NCBI GenBank assembly: GCA_965227515.1
Contig: CBDDFZ010000002.1
Location: forward strand, 672,001-736,000
Reading direction: 5' to 3'
Length of the DNA stretch: 64,000 nucleotides
From: Alphaproteobacteria bacterium
GTDB taxonomy: Bacteria > Pseudomonadota > Alphaproteobacteria > CALKHQ01
Shown: piece after piece, positions 46,767-55,940 of the stretch
How the letters are laid out: each line of letters begins with the position of its first letter
Position numbering within the stretch: position 1 is the stretch's first letter
The notes under the pieces: generated by a model
What the model was told of the DNA's origin: nothing
Database searches by the model: none
Seen by the model: the letters and a program-made list of their open reading frames with translations, nothing else
Program-made: the position numbers and the translations under genes

Positions 46767-47225
46767 ATGCGTATTGCCGGTGGTGTAATAGCCATTGTCG
46801 TTGGCATCATTCAGGTGATTATCGCAGCATTGGCGGTGTTTGCCGTCGAGGCTGTTGATATGGCCGATCTGCCGGACATTTCCGACTTGACCCAGGAGCA
46901 GATCGAACAGGCTGCCGAGAGCGCCGGCATGACGCCGGAAGAGTTCCAGGCGCAGTTCGAGGATATCGGCAGTGCGATCGGCTGGATCACCTGGGTCTTC
47001 CTGATCGTCAGCATCGTGGTGGTCATCCTGGGCATCATGATTTGCGCGTCTAAGAGCCCCTCGAACGGTATGATCCTGGCAATCATAGGATTGGTACTCG
47101 TCATTCTCGCGATCGTTTGGTGGAGCGGCATCCTGGGCCTGATCTGGAACGCCCTGATCCTGCTTGCCGGCGTTCTCGGCTACATGGGCGCGAAGAACGA
47201 CTCTCAGGCGGTTGGCACCGTCTAA
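46767..47225 (+). CDS. Hypothetical 4-TM membrane protein
   Basis: GGAGG RBS; four hydrophobic segments with an acidic loop after TM1; followed by a terminator. Confidence 0.8.
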   Translation: MRIAGGVIAIVVGIIQVIIAALAVFAVEAVDMADLPDISDLTQEQIEQAAESAGMTPEEFQAQFEDIGSAIGWITWVFLIVSIVVVILGIMICASKSPSNGMILAIIGLVLVILAIVWWSGILGLIWNALILLAGVLGYMGAKNDSQAVGTV

Positions 47226-47255
47226 CGTTTGCGCCATACGGCAATCATCAGTGGG

Positions 47256-47286
47256 AGACGGCGGCTTCGGCCGCCGTCTTCTTTTG
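47256..47286 (+). terminator. Rho-independent terminator
   Basis: AGACGGCGGC-TTCG-GCCGCCGTCT stem followed by TCTTTTG. Confidence 0.85.
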
Positions 47287-47385
47287 TGTATGCTGCGTTG
47301 GCGGCTTCGGCCCCAAACGCGACCGAGCGCGACGTGAACGAGCCCGACGTCAACAAGCCCGGCGTCAAACAGATGGAGCGGCCCG

Positions 47386-47982
47386 ATGGCCGGTGAGCGC
47401 ATCTACCTGGCGGGCCCCGACGTGTTCGTGCGGGACACCAACGAACTGGGCGAGGCCAAAAAGGCCATCTGCGCCGCCCACGACTTCGTCGGCATGTTTC
47501 CATTGGACAAGGTCTTGGACCTGGCCGGGCTGACCCCGGTGGAGGCTGGCCTGAAGATATCGCAGGCCAACGAGGCGCTGATGCTCACCTGCGACCTGAT
47601 CATCGCCAACATGACGCCGTTTCAGGGCCCCGGCATGGACGGCGGCACCGCCTTCGAGATGGGCTTCATGCGGGCGTTGGGCCGCCCGGTGCTGGGCTAC
47701 ACCAATGACGGGCGCTTGTTCGCCGAGCGGCTTCGTGTGTTCGCCGGGGATGGCCTGCGCCGAACCGTGCGGCCGGAAGGCGATGAGGACGGCGATGGCA
47801 TGTTGATCGAGGACTTCGCCATGGTCGACAACCTGATGATGCACGGGGCCGTGCTGGCATGCGGTGCCGACGTCGATGTCGCCGCCATGGCCGACGCCGG
47901 ACCCGGCGATGCCAGGTTCCGCGGGCTGGAGGCATTCACCGCCACGGTGAGGCGCGCCCGGGCGTTGTTGGACGCGCGTTGA
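47386..47982 (+). CDS. Nucleoside 2-deoxyribosyltransferase family protein
   Basis: IYLAGPDVF, DGGTAFEMGF (catalytic Glu), DNLM. Confidence 0.88.
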   Translation: MAGERIYLAGPDVFVRDTNELGEAKKAICAAHDFVGMFPLDKVLDLAGLTPVEAGLKISQANEALMLTCDLIIANMTPFQGPGMDGGTAFEMGFMRALGRPVLGYTNDGRLFAERLRVFAGDGLRRTVRPEGDEDGDGMLIEDFAMVDNLMMHGAVLACGADVDVAAMADAGPGDARFRGLEAFTATVRRARALLDAR

Positions 47983-48038
47983 TTCTGGGGCGCGTTGATT
48001 CTGGGGCGCGTTGATTCCGACACGCGTTGATTCTGGCG
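47975..48038. repeat. Four 16-bp tandem repeats (CGCGTTGATTCTGGGG), each with a GANTC site
   Basis: cgcgttgattctgggg x2, cgcgttgattccgaca, cgcgttgattctggcg; the first unit contains the upstream stop codon. Confidence 0.92.
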
Positions 48039-48151
48039 CCTCGCCCAAGCAATATGCACCGCAACAGGCCCCGATCCGGGGCATCGAACAGGGGAACGCC
48101 TTGATGTGACGCCGCATGCGCGGTGCCGCTGCGGGCCGATGGAGGACACGC

Positions 48152-49699
48152 ATGAAACTCAACCGCCGCACGTTGCTGCAGGCCGCCGGCGCCGCCGGTG
48201 TTGCCACGCCCGCGCTGACCGGCCTGTTGCGGCCCAGTCTGGCGCGCGCGCAGTCGGCCGACACCGCCACCATCGCCTACAACGTGAACTTGCCGTCCTG
48301 GGACCCGACCGTGGGCCTATCGGCGGTGAACCCGACCATCCAGTCGATCTACAAGGCCGTGTTCGACCAGTACATCGACCAGGAGCCCGACCTCAGCTTC
48401 AAGCCCGGCTTGCTGACCGAGTGGGGCTGGAGCGACGACCGCAGCCAGATCCACATGACTGTGCGCGAGGGCGCGAAATGGCATGACGGCCAGCCGGTGA
48501 CGCCGGAGGACGTGGTGTGGTCGCTGGAGCGTGCCGGCAACCCGGATACCGGCAACCCGATCCAGTTCGTGTGGGGCAAGTGCGGCAATTACAGCATCGA
48601 CGGCAACACCATCACCGGCGATGTGCTAGAGTTCGAGCCGACCCTGTTCAAGTGGATGGCGTTCCTGACCGCCTATGTTCTGCCGAAGCACTACTATGAG
48701 GAGGTTGGCGCCGAGGGGTTCGAGGCCGCACCGCTGGGTTCCGGCCCCTACATGGTCGACGAGTTCGAGCGCAATGCGTTCCTGCGCCTGAAGGCGTTCC
48801 CCGACTATTGGGGCGGCGCGCCGGCCTATGAGACCGTGGTGTTCAAGTTCGTGACCGATGCCTCGAGCCGGGTGGCGGAGGTGGAGAGCGGCGCCTCCGA
48901 CCTCACCATCGAAATCCCGTACGAGGAATACGACCGCCTGCGCGAGACCGACGGGCTGGTCGGCCAGGTGACGCCGGTATCCGACATCGCGATGATCTTC
49001 CTCAACGATGTCGAGCCGATGACCGACAAGAACGTGCGGCTGGCGGCCCATCATGCCATTGACAAGCAGGCGATCACCGATCGGCTGCTGCGTGGCTATG
49101 GCGTGCCGATCGACACCTTGCAGGCGCCGGAATATGCCGCGTTCGACCCGTCGATCACGGTCGGGTTCGACCCGGAGAAGGCGACCGCGCTGCTGGCGGA
49201 ATCGGGCTATTCGCCCGACAACCCGGTCAGCTTCACCATCCAGACCACGCGCGGTTTCAAGCCGAAGGACTACGAGATCATCCAGGCCATCGTCGGCATG
49301 TGGCGCCGGGTCGGCATCGAGGCGGAGATCGAGATCTACGAGATCGCCCAGCACTTCGAGCTGCGCGCGCGCGACGAGCTGGCGCCGGCGGCGTTCTACA
49401 ACTGGGGCAATTCCATCGGCGATCCTTCGACGTCGACCGGCTTCGCGATGTTCGGGCCGTCGCCGCACTCGGTCTGGGATACCGACGATCTGGACGCGAT
49501 GATCGGCCCGCTGTGGGGCGAGCCCGACGAGGCGACGCGTATTGCCGGCTATCAGGCGGTCGACCGCTACATCGCCGAGCAGGGCTATGTGATCCCGCTG
49601 TTCCAGTACGTGCAACCGATCGTGCATTGGGACCACCTCGACTTCACGCCGCACGTGGCCAACTTCGTGCTGCCGCAGAAGATCGACCCGGCTGGCTGA
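48152..49699 (+). CDS. ABC transporter substrate-binding protein, family 5 (DppA/OppA-like), Tat-exported
   Basis: Tat motif NRRTLL; REGAKWHDGQPVTPEDV.WS; GSGPY; VRLAAHHAIDK. Confidence 0.92.
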   Translation: MKLNRRTLLQAAGAAGVATPALTGLLRPSLARAQSADTATIAYNVNLPSWDPTVGLSAVNPTIQSIYKAVFDQYIDQEPDLSFKPGLLTEWGWSDDRSQIHMTVREGAKWHDGQPVTPEDVVWSLERAGNPDTGNPIQFVWGKCGNYSIDGNTITGDVLEFEPTLFKWMAFLTAYVLPKHYYEEVGAEGFEAAPLGSGPYMVDEFERNAFLRLKAFPDYWGGAPAYETVVFKFVTDASSRVAEVESGASDLTIEIPYEEYDRLRETDGLVGQVTPVSDIAMIFLNDVEPMTDKNVRLAAHHAIDKQAITDRLLRGYGVPIDTLQAPEYAAFDPSITVGFDPEKATALLAESGYSPDNPVSFTIQTTRGFKPKDYEIIQAIVGMWRRVGIEAEIEIYEIAQHFELRARDELAPAAFYNWGNSIGDPSTSTGFAMFGPSPHSVWDTDDLDAMIGPLWGEPDEATRIAGYQAVDRYIAEQGYVIPLFQYVQPIVHWDHLDFTPHVANFVLPQKIDPAG

Positions 49700-49712
49700 T
49701 CGATTGTCGTCG

Positions 49713-50351
49713 ATGGACCCAATTGCCAAGCTGCTCGCCGGCTTTCGCACCTTCCGGGAGGGCCATTTCGAGCCGAGACGCGCGATCTATGAGCAACTGG
49801 TCGACGAGGGCCAGAAGCCGCGGGTCGCGCTGATCGCGTGTTCCGACTCCCGGATCGACCCGACACTGGAGTTGCAGGCCGAGGCGGGCGAGCTGTTCGT
49901 CGTCCGCAATGTCGCCAACCTGGTGCCGCCGCATGAGGAAGGCGGAGGCCTGCACGGCACGTCGGCGGCGCTGGAGTTCGCCGTCGAGCATTTGGGCGTT
50001 GAGCACATCGTTGTGCTGGGCCACGCCCATTGCGGCGGCATTCGTTCCTTGTTCCGAGACGCGGTCGAGGATGATGATCGGTTTCAGTTCATCGCGCCGT
50101 GGATGAGCCTGGTTCGCTCCGCCCATCGCCGGGTGGAGGCGACGATGCCGGATGCGTCCGAGGACGAGCGCGCGCGGGCTTGCGAGCAGAGCGCGGTGCT
50201 GGTGTCGCTGGAGAACCTGATGACGTTCCCGGCCATTCGCGAACGGGTGGGTGAAGGGCGTCTGCGGCTGCATGGCTGGTACATAGACATCCGCGCCGGC
50301 GAGCTCCACATCTACGACCCCCGCGCGCAGAAGTTCGAGCCCGCGACGTAG
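49713..50351 (+). CDS. Beta-class carbonic anhydrase
   Basis: IACSDSR, GELFVVRNVAN, GHAHCGG, HGWYIDI. Confidence 0.95.
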   Translation: MDPIAKLLAGFRTFREGHFEPRRAIYEQLVDEGQKPRVALIACSDSRIDPTLELQAEAGELFVVRNVANLVPPHEEGGGLHGTSAALEFAVEHLGVEHIVVLGHAHCGGIRSLFRDAVEDDDRFQFIAPWMSLVRSAHRRVEATMPDASEDERARACEQSAVLVSLENLMTFPAIRERVGEGRLRLHGWYIDIRAGELHIYDPRAQKFEPAT

Positions 50352-50371
50352 CGCTAGAGCCTTTCCTTGTT

Positions 50372-50476
50372 CGTCATGCGCGGACTTGATCCGCGCATCC
50401 ACGCGCCTGATGACGTTCTCAAGCGTCACCAATAACGAACAAGACGTGGATGCCCGCAACAAGTGCGGGCATGACG
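50372..50476. repeat. Alphaproteobacterial palindromic element (GTCATG...CATGAC type)
   Basis: cgtcatgcgcggacttgatccgcgcatccacg ... cgtggatgcccgcaacaagtgcgggcatgacg; between convergent genes. Confidence 0.85.
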
Positions 50477-50513
50477 TCCAGTGGTTTGAGGATCTGTGCC
50501 CGGCCCGCCCCCG

Positions 50514-51176
50514 TCAGGAGAACGGCACCACGTAGAGCAGGATCGCGAAGAAGTGGAAGATGGAGCCGGCCAGCGCGCACAGGTGCCAGATGGCATGGCT
50601 GAACGGCAGCGAGCGCCACAGGTAGAAGATGGTGCCGCCGGTATAGAACAGCCCGCCGATCAGCAAGTACCACAGGCCCGCCGCCTCAAGCTCGTTGATC
50701 AACAGGCCGCCGGCATAGATGAAGCCGAACCAGCCCATCGCGATGTAGAGGATGACGGAGATCTTGTCGTAGCGATCCGGATGGGTGGACCGGAACGCGA
50801 TGGTCTTGAACACGATGCCGGCCAACGCCAGTGCCCAGATGATGCCGAACAGGCTCCAGCCCTCGGCTGGCGGCAACAGCAGCATGGCGAACGGTGTGTT
50901 GGTGCCGGCGATCAGCAGGTAGATCGAGCAGTGATCCATATAGTCGAACAGCCGGTGCGCGGCCGGGGTCTGCACGCTGTGGACCAGTGTGGAGCTGAGA
51001 TAGACCAGGATCAGCGCGGTGCCGTAGATGGAGCAGGCGACCACCGCGGCGGCCGATCCGACCTCGACCGCGTCGGCGATCATGATCGGCAGCGCCGCAA
51101 CCGCCAGCCCGAACCCGATGAAGTGGGTCAGGGCCGCTGCCGCTTCTTCCATTCGTGGCGTGACCGCTACCGCCAT
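50514..51176 (-). CDS. Hemolysin III / PAQR family membrane protein
   Basis: ALTH, SSTLVH, DHCSIYLLIAG..TP, YIAMGW, HAIWH. Confidence 0.93.
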   Translation of the reverse strand: MAVAVTPRMEEAAAALTHFIGFGLAVAALPIMIADAVEVGSAAAVVACSIYGTALILVYLSSTLVHSVQTPAAHRLFDYMDHCSIYLLIAGTNTPFAMLLLPPAEGWSLFGIIWALALAGIVFKTIAFRSTHPDRYDKISVILYIAMGWFGFIYAGGLLINELEAAGLWYLLIGGLFYTGGTIFYLWRSLPFSHAIWHLCALAGSIFHFFAILLYVVPFS

Positions 51177-51412
51177 CGCCGTCACCTCTGTGTCGTTGCC
51201 AACGAGCTGCCAGGATCACGGCAGACGCTAAATGCCCCGCACGTACGCAGGCTTCTTGCCAACAGTCGCCAAATATAGCGCGAACGATTCTCAGTTTGAA
51301 CCGGTTGCGAATCGAAAATATCGCGCGGCCGGCGTCCGCATGATATCGGTCTGCCGCCGATTTGCGACGGTTTGGCGGCAACGCGGCGGCAGGCTTCGGG
51401 AATAACGGAATT

Positions 51413-52075
51413 ATGATCGTCAAGATTTGCGGCCTCAGCACCATAGAGACGGTGGATGCCGCCTGCGCCGCGGGCGCCGACTTCATCGGCTTTGTGTTCT
51501 ATCCGCCGAGCCCACGGGCGATTGCGCCGGCCACGGCCGCGTCGTTGCACGCCCATGTTGCCGGGCGCGCGCGCACGGTGGGGCTGTTCGTCGATGCGGG
51601 CGCCGACGAGATCTCTAGCGTCCTCGACGTCGTGCCGCTGGACGGCCTGCAACTGCACGGGCGCGACACGCCGGCCGCGTTGGCGGCCATGCGCGAGCGG
51701 TTCGGGCGGCTGATCCTGAAGCCGGTCAGCGTCGACGGGCCAGCAGCCATCGAAGGTGCTGCCGCCTATGCGGGTGCGTGCGACTGGCTGCTGCTGGATG
51801 CCCCGCCGCCGAAGGACGCGACCCGGCCCGGCGGCAACGCGGTCGCCTTCGACTGGCGCGTCCTGTCCCGGACGGCGCCGTCACAGCCCTGGATGCTGGC
51901 GGGCGGCCTGACGCCGGACAATGTCGCGGACGCGATCCGCCAGACCGGCGCGCGCGCGGTGGATGTGTCGTCCGGCGTCGAATCCAGCCGGGGCATCAAG
52001 GACCCTGCGCTGATCGCGGCCTTCGTGACGGCGGCGCGGTCGGCGGAGCCGGTGGAGCCACCTGCCCCCGACTGA
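51413..52075 (+). CDS. trpF: Phosphoribosylanthranilate isomerase
   Basis: VKICGLS, GFVFYPPSPR, LQLHG, FDW, LAGGLTPDNV, VDVSSGVE. Confidence 0.95.
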   Translation: MIVKICGLSTIETVDAACAAGADFIGFVFYPPSPRAIAPATAASLHAHVAGRARTVGLFVDAGADEISSVLDVVPLDGLQLHGRDTPAALAAMRERFGRLILKPVSVDGPAAIEGAAAYAGACDWLLLDAPPPKDATRPGGNAVAFDWRVLSRTAPSQPWMLAGGLTPDNVADAIRQTGARAVDVSSGVESSRGIKDPALIAAFVTAARSAEPVEPPAPD

Positions 52076-52086
52076 GGTGCGCCGCG

Positions 52087-54129
52087 CTATTGCGCGGCGA
52101 CCGCCATCTTTTCCTCGACCACTTCGTCCGCCAGCCGGCCGGTCAGCTCCGCCATATGGTCGAAGGCGAAGCGGAAGGTGCCCGACCCCTGGGTCAGCGA
52201 GCGCAACTCGATGATCAGGTCGCGCATCTCCGCCTGGGGCATCATGCACTCCAGCGTGTCCCAGCCCGGCCAGCCCGCCTTGGAGTCGAAGCCCAGGATC
52301 TGGCCGCGCTTGCCGGTGGCGAGATTGGTCGCCTTGCTGGTGTGCTCGGTTGGCACGTCGATGGATACCTTGAAGATCGGCTCCAGCAGCACCGGGTTCG
52401 CCTTCGGCATGCCCTCGCGCATCGCCAGCTGAGCGGCGGCGCGGAACGCCATGTCGGAACTGTCGACGGAATGCGACTGGCCATCGAATAGCCGCACCGC
52501 GACATCGACCACCGGGAAGCCCAGCGGTCCGCGCGCCATGTATTCCTTCACCCCGTTCTCGACCGAGGGGATGAACTGGCGCGGCACGGCACCGCCGACG
52601 ATGTTGTCGATGAACTCGAACCCGCTGCCGCGCGCCAATGGCTTGATCTCGATCTGCACGTCGCCGAACTGGCCGTGACCTCCGGACTGCTTCTTGTGGC
52701 GGGCGTGCTGCTCCACCGGTTTGCGCACGGTCTCGTTATAGGCCACCTGCGGGCGGGAACGTTCCACCGCCGCGTTGAAGCGGTTGGCCAGCCGGTCGGC
52801 GGCGACCGCCAGGTGCACGTCGCCCTGTCCCCACAGCAGCATCTCGTGGGTCGACTGGTTGTGTTCGATGGAGAGCGACGGGTCTTCCTCGCTCAGGCGA
52901 TGGATGGCGCCGCTCAGCTTCACCTCGTCGCCGCGGTTGGCGGCGGTCAGCGCGTTGGCGAACACCGGAGGCAGTGGCTCGGGCCACGCGACCCCGGCGG
53001 ACTTGCCCGAGGGGCTCAGCGCGTCGCCGGTTTTCACTTCGTCCATGCGGCCGAACGCGACCACGGAGCCGGCCTCCGCACTGGCCAGCTTGTCGTGCTT
53101 GCCGCCCATCAGGCGATAGAGCCCGCTGACCCGCTCGCCGTTCAGGGTGTCGCCGTCGCTGATGCTGCCGTTCCAGACCCGGGCGTAGGACAGCTTGCCG
53201 GTGTGGCCGGCGAACACGGTCTTGAACACCTGGGCCAGCGGCTCGCTGGCGTCGATGCCCATGCGCTCGCGGGTGGCGACCACATCCGGGGTTTCGTGGC
53301 GCAGCGCCTTCAGCAGCCGCAATACGCCGCCGTCGGCCTCGGCGGTGCCCAGCAGCACCGGCACGATCTTGTCGGCCTGCAGATTGGACGTCAGTTGCTC
53401 GTAGACGGTGCTGGAATCCGGCTCCACGTCCTCCAGCAGCTGTTCCAGCAGCGCGTCGTCGAAATCTGCCAGCGCCTCCAGCATCTCCTGGCGCGCCTCG
53501 GCGGCGCGGTCCTCGGCGTCGTTCGGCAGTTCGATCAGGGTGGAGCGGTCGCCCGGCTTGTATTCATAGGCGCGGTTGCTGACCAGGTCGGCATAGCCGG
53601 TCACCTGGTCGCCCTTGCGCAGCGGCACCTGGCGCAGCACCAGCGGCTGCGGGCTGACCGACTGCAGGGCCGCCAGCACGTCGCGCACACGGGTGGCGGC
53701 GGTGTCCATCTTGTTGATGAAGATCAGGTGCGGGATGTCGTATTCGTTCAGATAGTGCAGCATCGGTGCCAGCGCCGACACGCGCTCGGCCTGCGGCTCG
53801 CACACCACCACGGCAATGTCTGCGACCAGCACGGCATTGCGCATTTCCTGGGTGAACTCGAACGAGCCGGGGCAGTCCAGGAACGACCATTCGTCGTCTA
53901 GGAAGGTGGTCGTGGCGACCGAAGTCTCGGTGCTCATCGACCGGGCCCGGGCTTCGGGGCTGGCGTCGCTGACGGTGGTGCCGTCGCTGGTCTTGCCCTT
54001 GCGCGCGATGGCGCCGGTGGTCATCAGAATGGACTCTAAGAGCGACGTCTTGCCGCTGAGATATGGTCCAACCAGCGCTGCGCACCGCGGCGTTTCTGCC
54101 TGGGGCGACCCCGCTGAAGGCTTGCTCAT
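52087..54129 (-). CDS. fusA: Elongation factor G-like protein (divergent EF-G paralogue)
   Basis: 680 aa; GKTSL, DCPGS, INKMD, EEDPSL, HKKQSGGHGQFGDV, HSVDSSDMAF, LLEPI, LRSLTQG; not in a ribosomal operon. Confidence 0.88.
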   Translation of the reverse strand: MSKPSAGSPQAETPRCAALVGPYLSGKTSLLESILMTTGAIARKGKTSDGTTVSDASPEARARSMSTETSVATTTFLDDEWSFLDCPGSFEFTQEMRNAVLVADIAVVVCEPQAERVSALAPMLHYLNEYDIPHLIFINKMDTAATRVRDVLAALQSVSPQPLVLRQVPLRKGDQVTGYADLVSNRAYEYKPGDRSTLIELPNDAEDRAAEARQEMLEALADFDDALLEQLLEDVEPDSSTVYEQLTSNLQADKIVPVLLGTAEADGGVLRLLKALRHETPDVVATRERMGIDASEPLAQVFKTVFAGHTGKLSYARVWNGSISDGDTLNGERVSGLYRLMGGKHDKLASAEAGSVVAFGRMDEVKTGDALSPSGKSAGVAWPEPLPPVFANALTAANRGDEVKLSGAIHRLSEEDPSLSIEHNQSTHEMLLWGQGDVHLAVAADRLANRFNAAVERSRPQVAYNETVRKPVEQHARHKKQSGGHGQFGDVQIEIKPLARGSGFEFIDNIVGGAVPRQFIPSVENGVKEYMARGPLGFPVVDVAVRLFDGQSHSVDSSDMAFRAAAQLAMREGMPKANPVLLEPIFKVSIDVPTEHTSKATNLATGKRGQILGFDSKAGWPGWDTLECMMPQAEMRDLIIELRSLTQGSGTFRFAFDHMAELTGRLADEVVEEKMAVAAQ

Positions 54130-54343
54130 GTCCGCCTCCGTTTTTCGTTCGTTGTTTGCACGGCGGCGGCGTGCAGATGCGGCGTTCTCTCGGCCGTCGC
54201 GACAGCCCGGCTTCAGCGGCCGGATTGCCCTTCACGCCACCCCTCCCTGGCGAGAATGGTTTCATGACGGGGATATGACGGCAAGGGAAAATCGAGCCGT
54301 CGTTGCGGCCCGCGCCGTTCCTAGATCGGGATCAGCTTACGCT

Positions 54344-54431
54344 GAATCTGCGCCAGCCCTCACCCCCACCCGGCCACCCAGACAGGATACTTTCGTGGGT
54401 GGCCGGGTGGGGGTGAGGGCTGGTGCCGACT
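54344..54431. repeat. Hairpin element, copy 1 (28-bp perfect stem, 15-nt loop)
   Basis: ccagccctcacccccacccggccaccca / tgggtggccgggtgggggtgagggctgg; near-identical inverted copy at 62741-62828. Confidence 0.9.
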
Positions 54432-54453
54432 GAAATGACCATGCTCTAAACCG

Positions 54454-55533
54454 CTACTGCGGCGTGTCCGCCAAGGCCTCGTCGCCGAGCGTTTCCGCGT
54501 AGTATTTGGCGGCACCGGCATGCAGCGGCACGCCGATGCCCTTCAGGGCGGTTTCCAGCAGAATGCGCTGGCCGAGCGGGTGGCCGTTGTTCAGGATCGA
54601 GCGGTTGGTTGGGTGCCACAGCGACCGGGTCATCCCGTACACCAGCTCGTCGTCCAGCTCGGCGCGCACGATCAACTGGGCGCCGACCGCCAGCGTATCC
54701 GTGCGCCGCACGTTCTCGTAGATGTCCTCCTTGACCGTCTCGGTGCTGAAGAACGGCACCGCCGCGGTGATCGCCTCCGCGGCCGCGCCCCTGATCGGCA
54801 GCAGGCGCATACCCTCGTTCGCCGCCAGATCCTCCATCGCCGGGGCCGGTGCGCCGGCCACCAGGATCAGGCCGTCGGCCTCCCCGTCGATCAGCAGGCC
54901 GACACCGACGGTGGCGTTGCTGGTGATCGCCTCGATGTCGTCGAACGACAGCCCGTGGGCATCCAGCACCATGCGTGCGGCGATCTGGGTGCCGCTGCCG
55001 TCCTGCCCCACCACTACGCGGCGCCCGGCAAGGTCTGCGATGCTGGCCACCTCGCTGTCCGCCGGCACGACCACGTGCACCAGCTCGGAATAGAGGTTGG
55101 CGACGGTGCGGATGTTCTCGACCGGGTTGCCGCTGAACAGCTCCTCGCCATGGAAGGCCCAATAGGCGACGTCCGCTTGCGACAGGGCGGCTTCCAGCAT
55201 GTTGCCGGCGATGCCGCCGATATTGTCGACCGAGCCCTGGGTGGTCTGGGCGACCGCGACCAGGCCGGCCACGCCGCAGGTGCGATCATTGCACGCACCA
55301 TCGCCGGTGGGGTCGCTGAAGATGTTCGCGATCATGCCGCCGATGTGGAAATAGACCCCGCCGACGTCGCCGGTGCCGATGCGCAAGTAGTTGACCTGGC
55401 TGGCAGTTTCGGCGAGCGCGCCGAGCGGCGTCGTCGCAGCGAGGCCCAGACCCGCCGTCGCGGACCCGCCGAGCGCGAGCGCGCGCCGCCGCGATAACCT
55501 CACCCGTGCGTGATATTGGACTCGACCAACCAT
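54454..55533 (-). CDS. TAXI-family TRAP transporter solute-binding protein
   Basis: Tat-like SRRRAL; IGTG..GGVYF.IGG, TQGSVDNI, LYSELVHVV, GSGT, PLHAGAAKYY. Confidence 0.92.
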   Translation of the reverse strand: MVGRVQYHARVRLSRRRALALGGSATAGLGLAATTPLGALAETASQVNYLRIGTGDVGGVYFHIGGMIANIFSDPTGDGACNDRTCGVAGLVAVAQTTQGSVDNIGGIAGNMLEAALSQADVAYWAFHGEELFSGNPVENIRTVANLYSELVHVVVPADSEVASIADLAGRRVVVGQDGSGTQIAARMVLDAHGLSFDDIEAITSNATVGVGLLIDGEADGLILVAGAPAPAMEDLAANEGMRLLPIRGAAAEAITAAVPFFSTETVKEDIYENVRRTDTLAVGAQLIVRAELDDELVYGMTRSLWHPTNRSILNNGHPLGQRILLETALKGIGVPLHAGAAKYYAETLGDEALADTPQ

Positions 55534-55683
55534 GGCGCCCCTGACTACATCACGGTGCCCACGTGATCCGACATAGTGTGGGCTGCCGCGCTGCCGCCGG
55601 CAAGTCAAGAATGGCGGCGCGGGCCATTGCGGGTTCGCACCACGGCGCCGTGCCAACCAACGCGTCAACGGACGGGGAGTTCG

Positions 55684-55929
55684 ATGGCAGTTAAGGATCT
55701 TTCGGATGGCCGGACCGGCACGCGTGAAGAGCGTACCGCGGCCCTGCAGGCGTTGGCGCGCGATGTTTTCGGTCGCGAGATGTCGGCAGACGACGCCTGG
55801 CGCCTGCGCGAGCGCCTGCCGACCCTGGCCGAGGCGGTGCGGCTGATCGAGGCCCAGGGTGCGGCACTCGACTCCGTGACGCCGGCTACCGTGTTCAGCC
55901 CGGTGGCGCCCGGCCACGGCGACGTGTAG
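55684..55929 (+). CDS. Small protein upstream of the amidase (AtzG/GatC-like partner candidate)
   Basis: GGGGAG RBS; 81 aa helical protein ending in PATVF; 11 nt before the amidase. Confidence 0.65.
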   Translation: MAVKDLSDGRTGTREERTAALQALARDVFGREMSADDAWRLRERLPTLAEAVRLIEAQGAALDSVTPATVFSPVAPGHGDV

Positions 55930-55940
55930 GGCAAATCGCA

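Noticed and set aside
47386-47982. NDT-family gene as a defence effector
   Set aside because: Stand-alone metabolic-type sequence with no cyclase, retron or other defence neighbours
47975-48038. Possible mini-CRISPR array
   Set aside because: 16-bp period with only 5 variable nt, no real spacers and no cas genes
50419-50673. 84-aa ORF ending MPALVAGIHV
   Set aside because: Translation artefact of the palindromic element plus an alternative frame of the hemolysin III gene
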